This document shows positions 17,672-28,437 of a stretch of DNA of 36,435 nt, in pieces. Positions within the stretch are counted from its first letter, which is position 1. Each line of letters starts with the position of its first letter. A program made the position numbers and the translations under genes. The stretch is from NCBI GenBank assembly GCA_001001795.1, contig LCLB01000004.1:1-36435 (forward strand). Reading direction: 5' to 3'. The notes beneath the pieces were generated by a model that saw only the letters and a program-made list of their open reading frames with translations, ran no database searches and had not been told where the DNA came from. Source of the stretch: Parcubacteria group bacterium GW2011_GWF1_45_5 (GTDB lineage: Bacteria > Patescibacteriota > Minisyncoccia > UBA6257 > Brennerbacteraceae).

Positions 17672-18931
17672 CTATTCACCGCGAATAAGACGATTCCGCT
17701 CGTCTGCCCCTTTGTCGAACTCGACCTGCTCTTCCGCCATAAGATCGGTATATTGTTGGTAGAGGGTGCTCGACAAATCATCGAGAAAGCCGTACTCGTC
17801 CATTGAAATCTTTTTGTCGTAATAAGACATTTTTCTTTCCGAAATCGCGGTAGTGACTTTACGAAAGGCTTCGGAATAGCACGAAGAAAATGCGATAAAA
17901 GCATCGGCTTCACATTTCCCTTGTTCGTAAATCTTCAACCCATTCTCGTACATATCGTTGAACTTCCGGTCAAGCTCTTCATAGGAATTCGCGGCCGCAT
18001 AGGTACCGCCTCCAGAGTTCGCAATCTGCTGCAATGACGCAAGCTCGGAAAACGAAGCCCCGAAAGCGATAATGTTTACCTTTACCCCGGAAGATTTCAG
18101 GGCGCCGGCGGCACCCACTGGATTGCTGTTGCAACTCTCCGCACCGTCGGAAACAAGAATAATTTCGTTGTTATCCCCTGATTTCCCGCTGAATTGACTC
18201 AACGCCTGCTGCAGGGAATAGCCGATAGGAGTCCACCCGACCGGCTTGATACCGACAAGCTGACTGTCGATATTTGAAGTACTTACGTTGCCGATGGGGG
18301 CAACAAGGAGCGCGCTCGAACAACTCACCGCTTTGTCTTTTTCGGCGTTCGAACCCCCTTGGCCGTACACCATGAGTCCGATTTTTGTAGTAGCCGCCGA
18401 CTGACTCACGTAGTTCTTGATCGCCGTTTTTGCCGCATCCATTTTTGTCATGGTGCCGACTTTGCCGGCCATACTTCCCGATCCGTCAAGAATAACCAAA
18501 ACGTTGTGGGTCTTTTGCGTATTCTGCAACTGAGCATCGGCACAGTTGTTTTTCTTACACCGTGTATATTCGGAAACATCGGGGTCCAGGCCGGCTGCCT
18601 GCTCTGTTACATCCGGATAACCGTCTTTGTCAGAATCGGTTTTATAATTTTTCCCGCCCCCCGATACGACACCGGGTTGCTCGTTTGTCTTTCCGGACCC
18701 GGGGCCTTTTTTATTGAAGAGAATAAATCCTCCGACCCCCAACACCACCACTGCGACACCGACAATGGCAATCAGTTTCCAGTTCTGTTTACTACCGGAC
18801 ATTTGCGGCACGGGAGCATACTGTGGGGTGCCGGAGGGCTGCACCGCAGGCTGATTTTGCGCAGGAGCGTTTGCCGGAGCTTGATATTGATCCGGCGACG
18901 ATTGAGGCGGCTGGGGTATTTGTTGATCCAT
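17672..18931 (-). CDS. membrane-anchored von Willebrand factor A domain protein
   Basis: P/Q-rich N-terminus, TM helix, DSDKDGYPD Ca-binding-like motif, MIDAS DGSGS...TP...SDG. Confidence 0.92.
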   Translation of the reverse strand: MDQQIPQPPQSSPDQYQAPANAPAQNQPAVQPSGTPQYAPVPQMSGSKQNWKLIAIVGVAVVVLGVGGFILFNKKGPGSGKTNEQPGVVSGGGKNYKTDSDKDGYPDVTEQAAGLDPDVSEYTRCKKNNCADAQLQNTQKTHNVLVILDGSGSMAGKVGTMTKMDAAKTAIKNYVSQSAATTKIGLMVYGQGGSNAEKDKAVSCSSALLVAPIGNVSTSNIDSQLVGIKPVGWTPIGYSLQQALSQFSGKSGDNNEIILVSDGAESCNSNPVGAAGALKSSGVKVNIIAFGASFSELASLQQIANSGGGTYAAANSYEELDRKFNDMYENGLKIYEQGKCEADAFIAFSSCYSEAFRKVTTAISERKMSYYDKKISMDEYGFLDDLSSTLYQQYTDLMAEEQVEFDKGADERNRLIRGE

Positions 18932-18979
18932 GAAAAAATAATGACTCAATTAATTGAACACAGTATACAACAAAAAAAT

Positions 18980-19053
18980 TGGTCGGGCTGCCGGGAATCG
19001 AACCCGGTCCACACGCACCCGAAGCGTGCGTACTACCGGTATACTACAGCCCG
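18980..19053 (-). tRNA. tRNA-Pro(CGG)
   Basis: CGGGCTG/CAGCCCG acceptor, anticodon arm CACGC-TTCGGGT-GCGTG, GTTCGA, encoded CCA. Confidence 0.97.
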
Positions 19054-19094
19054 TCTTTTTTGTTTTATCCACCAAGGTAAAGATTACATATTTC

Positions 19095-19153
19095 TATTAC
19101 ACTACAGCTCGGCATAAAGAACCAACACTGGACGACCGGTGTACTACGCCCCG
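19095..19153 (-). repeat. two degenerate 5' fragments of tRNA-Pro
   Basis: CGAGCTGTAGTGTA (from 19111; 12/14) and CGGGGCGTAGTACACCGGTCGT (from 19153; 18/22) versus the tRNA 5' end CGGGCTGTAGTATACCGGTAGT. Confidence 0.65.
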
Positions 19154-19174
19154 CACAGTGCAGCTTCTATTCTA

Positions 19175-20909
<1,735 letters not shown>

Positions 20910-20938
<29 letters not shown>

Positions 20939-21797
20939 AATACCAAACAATACCCGCAACCAAAGTTATTATTATTATACTATGGATTACCATCTGTATG
21001 AGCGAAAAATCTTTTTGTGCCGGATTAATCACTACGATACGCTCATTGCCAGCGTTATCTACGGCTTTGATAAATATAAAACTCGAACGTCCCTGATCCG
21101 AAAGGATATAGGGACTTTCCGTAATGTTCCACCCATACGCGGCCGGTGAACGGTCACGCGATTCAAAAACCTCATAATGGTTTATCCCGCTGTCTTTGTC
21201 TTTTGTTTCAAAAATAATGACCCATTTCCCTTCCCAAGCATCCGGACTTTGAGTAACGAAGGGTTTGAACAACTCCGGCGGCACCATGTCCCTGGTAATA
21301 TCTGGTTGGCTGCTTGGAAAAATCTCGGGGACAAATTCTGCACGCACTGGCATACCGTCAACAGAAATCTCGGTTCCCAAACCATCGTTTGCCAGTAACC
21401 GTACGGAAGCAAGCTCAACACTCCATTGCTTCTGTTGGTTGATGGCACATGTCACGGCCAGAACCAATCCTTTCCCTCCGCTATAACCGCCCGGAGCTAT
21501 ACCGGAAAAAGTTATTTGATTATCGCGCAGCGCCGGCGGCTCGATCCACACCGTGAACACCGAATCGTCACGGGCTATGGACTGGATGGCACAGGATTCG
21601 AGAGAAACCTGCAGGCTGCCGCTGATCGCATTCGCCTCTTTGTCTCCGGTATTTAAGAATAAAGATGCCGTGAAGAACTCCGATCGCGCCACCCCGGTTG
21701 TCTTAGTTTCAAAAAAGAATGAAGCGGCGTAAGCAAAACGAGAAAATAGAAGACAGAAAATAGAAAACAAAAAAAGACAAAATAATTTACGTTTCAT
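20910..21797 (-). CDS. cohesin-like domain surface protein with Ig-like module and C-terminal TM anchor
   Basis: Signal peptide ending AYA, NAISG...W.E.P...I.FSG..PGG...LLANDGLGT, D..PPE.F, DKDSGI.HYEV, KAVD.AGN, TM plus basic tail. Confidence 0.8.
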
Positions 21798-22104
21798 ATA
21801 GTTTACCCGGTCCCCGGGTAGTGAAAGTTCGGCTTGCATTTCGACCTTTGACATATAAATATTCTTTAAGCATTCGTTGTAACAATCTACAACCCTGATT
21901 AGTTTTCAGATACCGTTCTCTCCTCATAGCATCCGCTTCATTCAAAAACGATTCGTAATGGATGAGTTTCCATGGCATGTATCTCTTAGTCGAAATGCTT
22001 ACCCCTTGATTATGTTCTTTTACTCTCTTGGGCAAATCGGCCGTATACCCAATATATAACTCTTTGGCGTATTCACTCTGCAACACATATACGTAATAGA
22101 ACAT
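21787..22104 (-). CDS. GIY-YIG nuclease (small, standalone)
   Basis: YVYVLQS...LYIGYT.DL.KR..EHN.G....TK...PW.L.HYE.F....DA..RE..LK. Confidence 0.93.
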   Translation of the reverse strand: MFYYVYVLQSEYAKELYIGYTADLPKRVKEHNQGVSISTKRYMPWKLIHYESFLNEADAMRRERYLKTNQGCRLLQRMLKEYLYVKGRNASRTFTTRGPGKLYET

Positions 22105-22131
22105 AATCGCTGCCGAACTTCTACTACCCGG
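21814..22131 (-). mobile_element. putative GIY-YIG mini-element flanked by 20-bp inverted repeats
   Basis: ccgggtagtgaaagttcggc (21814-21833) versus revcomp of 22112-22131 ccgggtagtagaagttcggc (18/20); direct repeat tacccggtcc at 21804-21813 and 22125-22134. Confidence 0.75.
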
Positions 22132-23116
22132 TCCAGTAGTACGCCATAATGGAAAAATCAATAAGGTCGACCTTGCTGTCGCCATTGATATCCACCTTCA
22201 CGGACGGGCCCGGTCGGCGGTACCAATACGCCACAATGGAAAAATCAACCAGGTTTACCCGACAATCGTTGTTGACGTCCCCCCGCGTACCGCATCCGTT
22301 TTCAGGTTTTGCCAAAACGGTTTTGGTCCCCACCACGAACCCGGCTGATTTGGAAAAAGGGCTCGCCTCGTTCTCTTTGTATGCTTGCGATCGCGCGCTG
22401 TGCTGGCCTAAGGAAAGATTCAATGTATCGAAGTAATGAAGGTATGCGCCACCGGTATCCGCTTTCACCTTCCCGAACAACTCTTCGTCGGACCCCACGA
22501 TAATGGTAACTTCGGATTCCGGAACCGTTTTCCCGAGTACTCCGATTTTTTCACCCTTACGCACTTCGATTTTATCGGTGCTGATAAGGGGCGCTAAAAA
22601 AATATTACTGATATCAACCAACACCCCTTGGGTTACCACTACGGGAAACGAAAATAAGCTTGATCGGTTATGGTAAATGTCCTCCGAGTACAGTGAAAAT
22701 ATGTAACTGCCCCCGGTCACTCCGGAAAGGGCAATACGGAAATTCGCATTGCTGTCGGCAATGGTCGAAGCTACCACCTGGGCGTCCTTGAGCAATGTTA
22801 CCGTGCTCCTGGGAAACGCTTTCCCGCTCAAGACCACCTGTGACTGCGCAGGCGTTCCGCCACCACCACTACCTCCTCCGCCACCACTAGGCGGAGTCGG
22901 CGTCGGCGACAATGACGGCGACGGGGACGGCGCCTCGCATGGTTCAGGGGAAATGGTGGGGCACGGCGACTCCGTGCAAAGAGAAAGTACCCGAATGCAC
23001 ACCTGTTGACTTGCCGCCTGCCCGCTACCCGCAAGCGCTAAAAACAATATAACCCCCAGTGCAATGGGGGTTATAGAGCTTCCATATGTCAAAGATGTCC
23101 CTCTCTTCTCATTCAT
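22124..23116 (-). CDS. secreted protein with Ig-like modules and C-terminal dockerin-type tandem EF-hand repeats
   Basis: Signal peptide, P/S- and G-rich linker, GDVNNDCRVNLVDFSI and DINGDSKVDLIDFSI repeats. Confidence 0.85.
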   Translation of the reverse strand: MNEKRGTSLTYGSSITPIALGVILFLALAGSGQAASQQVCIRVLSLCTESPCPTISPEPCEAPSPSPSLSPTPTPPSGGGGGSGGGGTPAQSQVVLSGKAFPRSTVTLLKDAQVVASTIADSNANFRIALSGVTGGSYIFSLYSEDIYHNRSSLFSFPVVVTQGVLVDISNIFLAPLISTDKIEVRKGEKIGVLGKTVPESEVTIIVGSDEELFGKVKADTGGAYLHYFDTLNLSLGQHSARSQAYKENEASPFSKSAGFVVGTKTVLAKPENGCGTRGDVNNDCRVNLVDFSIVAYWYRRPGPSVKVDINGDSKVDLIDFSIMAYYWTG

Positions 23117-23125
23117 GGTAACAAA

Positions 23126-24073
23126 TTATGCTTTTTTGTTTTGCGTTTCCGATTTTTGATTTGTGGAGTTATCGCTTACCCGGACAATTTTGAAATTTCT
23201 GAAACCGATGCGCATGCCCAGCCAAATCACGAGCAATATGCCGATTCCGATGCTCACCTCCTGCCAGGGGAATACCCATACCACCACTTCTTCAACCGGC
23301 AACTCTCCCAAACCGGGAATGCTGGCAAAAACAGTGGCGCGTACGGGACCCACGAAATACTTACCTGCCCAGGACGATTTGAATGTCCGGTCAAACCCGG
23401 GGAATACCACCCGCGGCTCCCAGGTACCTTCGTACGTACGCCATAAATTTTTAAAAACGATTTTACCCTCCGGGCTGAAATAAGAGTTTCCGGTGTTCTT
23501 GACCTTAAAGGCCACATCAATCGGTCCGTGGCTCTGGAATTTATTGGCTTCAACGGATACAACCGATCCCGATTTTTGCACTTCGCCGCTCACCTCAACC
23601 AAGATAACGGTGCCGACACGTCCGCCGATGCCGACGCCGGTCCGGTTGCCGTCTATGGTATCCGAGGATATCCCGCGGAACAAAAGTGCCGCGTAATGTC
23701 CGCCGGGAGGCGCATTACTGGGAACACTGATAGAAACGTAAAATTCTTTTTTCTCGTTCGGATTTAGAGTATCGCTCATGCGATCAACTGAAATCCAGGA
23801 GGCGAGCCCGATTTGATTTGTTTCTTCTCCCATGAGCTCAATGGAGCCTTCGGCTCCGCCGCTCAAATTTTCTTTTTCCACCTTCACCCCCAAGCGATCG
23901 CTATTGGGATTCACCACAGTCACAGTTCCTTCCCATGTTTTCCCTGGATCAATCTGAACACGGAATGAGGTCGGGTACAGGGTAATGGAAATTTGCGCAA
24001 AGGCGTAGTTGACGCCTACCAGACAACCAAGGATAAAAACGCTTGCAAGAAAAAAGCTTTTGCGCATATTCAT
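23126..24073 (-). CDS. DUF916/WxL-interacting-like membrane-anchored protein (two beta-sandwich domains)
   Basis: Signal ending AFA, ITLYP...PG....V.V.N, SWI, ISVP.NAPPGGHYAA, KNTGN...P.G, C-terminal FPW plus TM. Confidence 0.75.
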   Translation of the reverse strand: MNMRKSFFLASVFILGCLVGVNYAFAQISITLYPTSFRVQIDPGKTWEGTVTVVNPNSDRLGVKVEKENLSGGAEGSIELMGEETNQIGLASWISVDRMSDTLNPNEKKEFYVSISVPSNAPPGGHYAALLFRGISSDTIDGNRTGVGIGGRVGTVILVEVSGEVQKSGSVVSVEANKFQSHGPIDVAFKVKNTGNSYFSPEGKIVFKNLWRTYEGTWEPRVVFPGFDRTFKSSWAGKYFVGPVRATVFASIPGLGELPVEEVVVWVFPWQEVSIGIGILLVIWLGMRIGFRNFKIVRVSDNSTNQKSETQNKKA

Positions 24074-24104
24074 AGTAAATAGCAACTAGATATCTGCACG
24101 TCGC

Positions 24105-24731
24105 TTACGGGTTGACCAACGCGGTCATAGTAAGGGTTCCGTCATAGGCGCCGCTCTTCTGGGTTGCCGGGGCGTCTACCCTTAACTTGTACTCAACTTT
24201 TTGCGCAGTTCCCGCATAGTCGGCTCGGGTCGCGATGGTCTGGCTTGCTGTCGGCATACCCGCATACTTCGCGGTTCCGTCGGTATCGTTGGCACCCCAC
24301 CAGGTCGTACTATACATAGCTGCGGTTGTTTCTGTATTTTGAACGTGAAACGAAAACTTCGCTGCCACATCCGCCAAGGTGCTCGTGGCATTGCCGGCAT
24401 TGCCGTTTGCGGTCGGGTCCCAAGCAGTGAAATCGGGAATCCCGGTATCACGATCGGTAGTCAGGGTAACGGTCGAAGTAGCACTATCGCGCTTGATTTT
24501 CAGGTTCCATCCAGTCAATGAGTTAGTGGAAACCGTTGCCGTCGAAGTTGCGGAAACTGCCGCACCCGGGGTCAATGCTCCCAGGGTTGAAGTTGCAACT
24601 GACAAGGTAAGGGTCTGCTGCACGGTAACCGTCACGACCTGTGGATCGTCTTCGGCAATCGCTATTTGAATCGGTGATATGCCAGCCATCAGGGCGACAA
24701 GAAGCAATCCGCTTATGAATCTCTTGAACAT
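24105..24731 (-). CDS. secreted WxL-like single-domain subunit
   Basis: Signal peptide, Thr/Ala-rich beta content, TN..TGWNL, terminal SGAYDGTLTMTA (Y.G.LT.T type). Confidence 0.75.
   Translation of the reverse strand: MFKRFISGLLLVALMAGISPIQIAIAEDDPQVVTVTVQQTLTLSVATSTLGALTPGAAVSATSTATVSTNSLTGWNLKIKRDSATSTVTLTTDRDTGIPDFTAWDPTANGNAGNATSTLADVAAKFSFHVQNTETTAAMYSTTWWGANDTDGTAKYAGMPTASQTIATRADYAGTAQKVEYKLRVDAPATQKSGAYDGTLTMTALVNP
24379..24416. repeat. 38-bp exact repeat shared with 25088..25125
   Basis: gtgctcgtggcattgccggcattgccgtttgcggtcgg present in both paralogous domains. Confidence 0.9.
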
Positions 24732-24774
24732 AAAGTGTATTATTTTATTTATTTTAAATTAATACGAATACTCT

Positions 24775-24804
24775 ATTATACTGGTGCATTTATGAAAATG
24801 TCAA
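24775..24804 (-). promoter_or_regulatory. consensus sigma70 promoter for the 208-aa subunit
   Basis: TTGACA (24804-24799), 18-bp spacer, TATAAT (24780-24775). Confidence 0.8.
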
Positions 24805-24816
24805 ATGGATTCATTG

Positions 24817-26685
24817 CTATGGATTCACCAGCGCGGTGAAGGTAAGATTTCCGTCGTAGGCACCGTTCTTCTGCGTCAAGGAAGAGTCAATGCGGTACTT
24901 TATAGCAGTGAAGGTTATCCCCGAGGTACAGGCAGAGCAATCCATGATCTTTTGACTCGCGGTGGGAAACCCCGCGTATTTTGCGGTTCCGTCGATGTCA
25001 TTACTACCCCACCAAGTCGTGCTGTAATTCGAGGTGGTCGAGGCATTTTGGATCCTGAACGCGAACTTGCCGGTGATATCGGCAATTGTGCTCGTGGCAT
25101 TGCCGGCATTGCCGTTTGCGGTCGGATCCCAGGCCGTGAAATCTGGAAAACTTGTATTACGCTCGGTAGTCATGGTCACGGTCGAGGTGGCGCTGTCGCG
25201 CTTAACACTCAAATAATAACCATTACTGGCACCGGTAACATCAACCGAGGTGGTTGCCGAAACAATATTCGGCACTCCGGGCGCCAAATCGCCAAAAAAA
25301 ACTGTAGTCGTGGACAACGATAAACTAATAGATGCTGCCGCAGATGTTTTAATCTCTGGATAAACATTATAGGCGGTTAACGGAACGTTCCCGGAAGTAA
25401 CAACTCGGAAACAATAAAACGCATCAGTATCTGCGCCGTTATCTTTTAAGGAAAAATCCCATTTACCGTCGTATCCAGAAGGAATTCTAGCCACTGAATT
25501 AGTAAAATTATTGGCTTCCTCATAGGATTGATTAACAATAGTATCCCCGTTATGAGTGGGGTCGGTTGTAGTCGCGGTTAATGCCTGATTATCGCCAGGA
25601 GTGATGTTGTTATTATAAGCGATGATAGTTGCACCATTAATATCAGTATAGATTGATGGCGTACCTCCAGATGGAGAGTCACATGTACCGGTCCCTTTGC
25701 CCACGAATTGAAGCTTGAAGTTTTCTCCGTTTAAAGACAAAAGGTCTAACCCGATATGAAGCAGCATGCGCAGGCGGAATGCCTGGGCAGCAAAGACAAG
25801 ACTGGTGGTAGCGTCTTGGACGGCAGTCATTATTGCTCCGACCTGGGTCGAATCGTCATTTTCGAAAAAACGATATGCTGATTGGGCGTATGTCGGATCC
25901 CGCGGCTTTAAAGCGATGGTCATCATGCCTTTGGTGGTTGCTCCGGTATAAGTCAGGGTTGTCGCTCCGTACCCCCCTGCTGACGATTTCTGGCCGTCAA
26001 AAACCGTTACCCCGCCGTCATTGCCCAGGGAAGTTTCGGCGTTAGCGCGCGCCGAAGAAATACTTGCCAAGCTTGAATTGACGGCACCAGTAATAGGAGT
26101 ATCTGCGTCATCATCGCCTGCACCGACAATCACTATTAAACGGTTGGCCCCTGTTGTTGTCGCGCCAGGGATACTGCCAGAAGTATCAGATACCGTATCA
26201 ATACCACCACTAGTAACATCCCAGGGATTCCCGTTGGTGGTCACTCCGGAATAGCCACAAATCACACCAACCTGGTGATCACCCGAATCAGAGGTGGTCG
26301 GGTCACCCTGGGTACCGTTATACCTGGACCAAAAAACAGTAAGTCGAGTTGTCCCTGCCGCGGACTGGGGCGAGTTAAGCACCTCCGTCCAGGTACCGCC
26401 ATTGGAGCCGGCGATAGTAATCACTTGATCGGCAGTCTCTAAAAACAACAGGAAAATATCGTCGACGGACTTGGTGGCGGGTAGAGCTGGACTAATCGCA
26501 CCGGCCGCTCCAGTACCAGACCCACACTGGACAAACGAAGGCATTGCCAGCACGGCTTCTGCCTCTTGAACTTTCGGGGGGGTACGCGGATTAAGCCAGA
26601 TTGGAAAGCTGTTGGTAAACAACCAAACGACAATAAACAGAAATATGGATAAAAAAAATATTGTTTTTCTCATAAAAAACCGCAT
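24817..26685 (-). CDS. secreted multidomain adhesin-like protein with a C-terminal domain paralogous to 24105..24731
   Basis: N-terminal signal/TM, G/T-rich beta domain, middle YAQSAYRFF...YCFRVV...YPEI domain, C-terminal domain sharing KRDSATSTVT, PDFTAWDPTANGNAGNATST, YSTTWWG, GAYDG.LT.TALVNP. Confidence 0.85.
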   Translation of the reverse strand: MRFFMRKTIFFLSIFLFIVVWLFTNSFPIWLNPRTPPKVQEAEAVLAMPSFVQCGSGTGAAGAISPALPATKSVDDIFLLFLETADQVITIAGSNGGTWTEVLNSPQSAAGTTRLTVFWSRYNGTQGDPTTSDSGDHQVGVICGYSGVTTNGNPWDVTSGGIDTVSDTSGSIPGATTTGANRLIVIVGAGDDDADTPITGAVNSSLASISSARANAETSLGNDGGVTVFDGQKSSAGGYGATTLTYTGATTKGMMTIALKPRDPTYAQSAYRFFENDDSTQVGAIMTAVQDATTSLVFAAQAFRLRMLLHIGLDLLSLNGENFKLQFVGKGTGTCDSPSGGTPSIYTDINGATIIAYNNNITPGDNQALTATTTDPTHNGDTIVNQSYEEANNFTNSVARIPSGYDGKWDFSLKDNGADTDAFYCFRVVTSGNVPLTAYNVYPEIKTSAAASISLSLSTTTVFFGDLAPGVPNIVSATTSVDVTGASNGYYLSVKRDSATSTVTMTTERNTSFPDFTAWDPTANGNAGNATSTIADITGKFAFRIQNASTTSNYSTTWWGSNDIDGTAKYAGFPTASQKIMDCSACTSGITFTAIKYRIDSSLTQKNGAYDGNLTFTALVNP

Positions 26686-26707
26686 GTAATAATCCACTGG
26701 TTTAAGA

Positions 26708-28420
26708 CTAAAGATTAATGATATTAATCTGGCAGATTGCGATCGAACCATCACTGATATAGATTATCGGGATACTGAAATTCCCTCTTTGAGAACCTTG
26801 CTGGTTGGTAGCGTTCAAAATTACTGTACCGATACTCTTGGAGGGATAATATTCATAACCAGCGTTGTCTTGGAAAATAATATCAATACCAACTGGCAAA
26901 TTGCCGATTTTCAAAATTTCGGTATTACCGCGTATCCCACCCAGCTCAAGTTCAATGGTTTTATGATTCTGTTGTGACAGATCCGCGATAAAATCTTTTA
27001 CCGTACAAAAATGAAAAGACTCCCGGCTAACGGCAAGTTCTTCTCGAAACTTCCTTTCTTTTAATAAAGGTAACGATAGTGACGGGGCCAATAAAAACTC
27101 TGATGGATCTTCTCCTTTAATCGCCTCCGAATCCTCGGGGAGAAACGGTTCCTCGATTACAATCGTCGGCTCAAGAGTTATTTCAATAACTGGCGTCTCA
27201 ATGGCAGTGTCGGTATATTCAACCTCCAGAATCATGGCATCAAGGTACACGTTAGGGACTTCGTTGATGGTTGACAGACTCTGGATGCTGACGCGAAAAT
27301 TAGAAATCTCGTCCCAGGAGTTGACCGGAATATCAGCGGAAAAACCGCCTATTTGCGACGCGTCCAGCAGCGCCAAATCGATCCAATCAACCCCGTTAAT
27401 AGTGTATAAAATCTTCCATAACGGGTCCTGAACACTTACTCCCAAAACCTCCGGACCGACAGACGACGAACTGGCGTTCTCTTGGTCTAGTGCCGGGGTA
27501 ACCAACAACTCCGGAGACATGGACGGCTCCACATTTTCACCGGGGCTCGGTAATAATTCTGTGGTTAGGGATGGCTCCGGGCTCGGCGACAGTTCAGGTG
27601 ACGGTAATGGGTCTTCGGGGGTCGGCTCGATGCTTGGCGCTTCTATTAAAACAGGTATTGGTGTTTCCTCTTGGGCGAAAGCAAAATTTACCAATGACCA
27701 TAACCATGAAATGGGAGTGGTCGGTTCCGGTTCGGTAATTTCAGGAGTTGGTAATGGCTGAACCGATTCTGCCGGGGACGTCTCGATGGTTTCCGGAGGT
27801 GATAGTTCCAATACGGGCGAGATATCGGAACCGACAAACAGCTCTGTTGGTGTCGGCGACAATATCAAAACTTCGCTTTCGGGAATCGGCGCAGGTTCTA
27901 AAATTGGAAAATCCAAAAACACATCGGATGACGAAGACGGCAATAAAAGTACGCTGCTTGAAGCCTCTTCGGTCTTGGTGGTCCAAGACAGCCGTAAAGT
28001 GACTTTTCGAGGTTGTTTTTGCTCAGGAATAGTTCCTAAAAAATCGCCGCAAAAAATTTGCCCGAAGGTATTTTTTCTGAGCAGCGCCGAGTTTTCCGGC
28101 ATAAATGCCGATTGATCGGACTGGTCGGTCACCTGCGGCTCTCCTTGTGCGTATTCCGGATGCTCCCATCCCCCTAAACAGGCATCGGGATAAAAATAAA
28201 CAATATCGGCCTGGGCGAGGTGGACATAAACAAAACCCGCGATACTCCCCGCCATAACCGCCATAACGCAGATTGATAACGCCTTGTGAAAACGGATGTA
28301 ATTCCACACGCTGGTCAGATTGAGCCGCATCGTGACAATGCGATCGCGCAAATCGACCTTGCCTCGTTTTGCTCCGGTATGAACGTCAAAAACCCGCTTT
28401 GATTGTGCTGTTCTATTCAT
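26708..28420 (-). CDS. membrane-anchored/exported protein with long Pro/Glu-rich region
   Basis: TM helix ending AQA, FYP..CLGGW domain, acidic P/E/S/T linker, C-terminal Ig-like domain; TGaTATAAT 8 nt upstream of the ATG. Confidence 0.8.
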   Translation of the reverse strand: MNRTAQSKRVFDVHTGAKRGKVDLRDRIVTMRLNLTSVWNYIRFHKALSICVMAVMAGSIAGFVYVHLAQADIVYFYPDACLGGWEHPEYAQGEPQVTDQSDQSAFMPENSALLRKNTFGQIFCGDFLGTIPEQKQPRKVTLRLSWTTKTEEASSSVLLLPSSSSDVFLDFPILEPAPIPESEVLILSPTPTELFVGSDISPVLELSPPETIETSPAESVQPLPTPEITEPEPTTPISWLWSLVNFAFAQEETPIPVLIEAPSIEPTPEDPLPSPELSPSPEPSLTTELLPSPGENVEPSMSPELLVTPALDQENASSSSVGPEVLGVSVQDPLWKILYTINGVDWIDLALLDASQIGGFSADIPVNSWDEISNFRVSIQSLSTINEVPNVYLDAMILEVEYTDTAIETPVIEITLEPTIVIEEPFLPEDSEAIKGEDPSEFLLAPSLSLPLLKERKFREELAVSRESFHFCTVKDFIADLSQQNHKTIELELGGIRGNTEILKIGNLPVGIDIIFQDNAGYEYYPSKSIGTVILNATNQQGSQRGNFSIPIIYISDGSIAICQINIINL

Positions 28421-28437
28421 GCCTTAATATTATATCA

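Noticed and set aside
21798..21854. N-terminal extension of the cohesin-like ORF (MSKVEMQ...)
   Set aside because: It derives from the inserted GIY-YIG element; the signal peptide starts at 21797.
24105..25330. Diversity-generating retroelement TR/VR pair
   Set aside because: Differences are not adenine-specific, both copies are coding paralogues, and there is no reverse transcriptase in the window.
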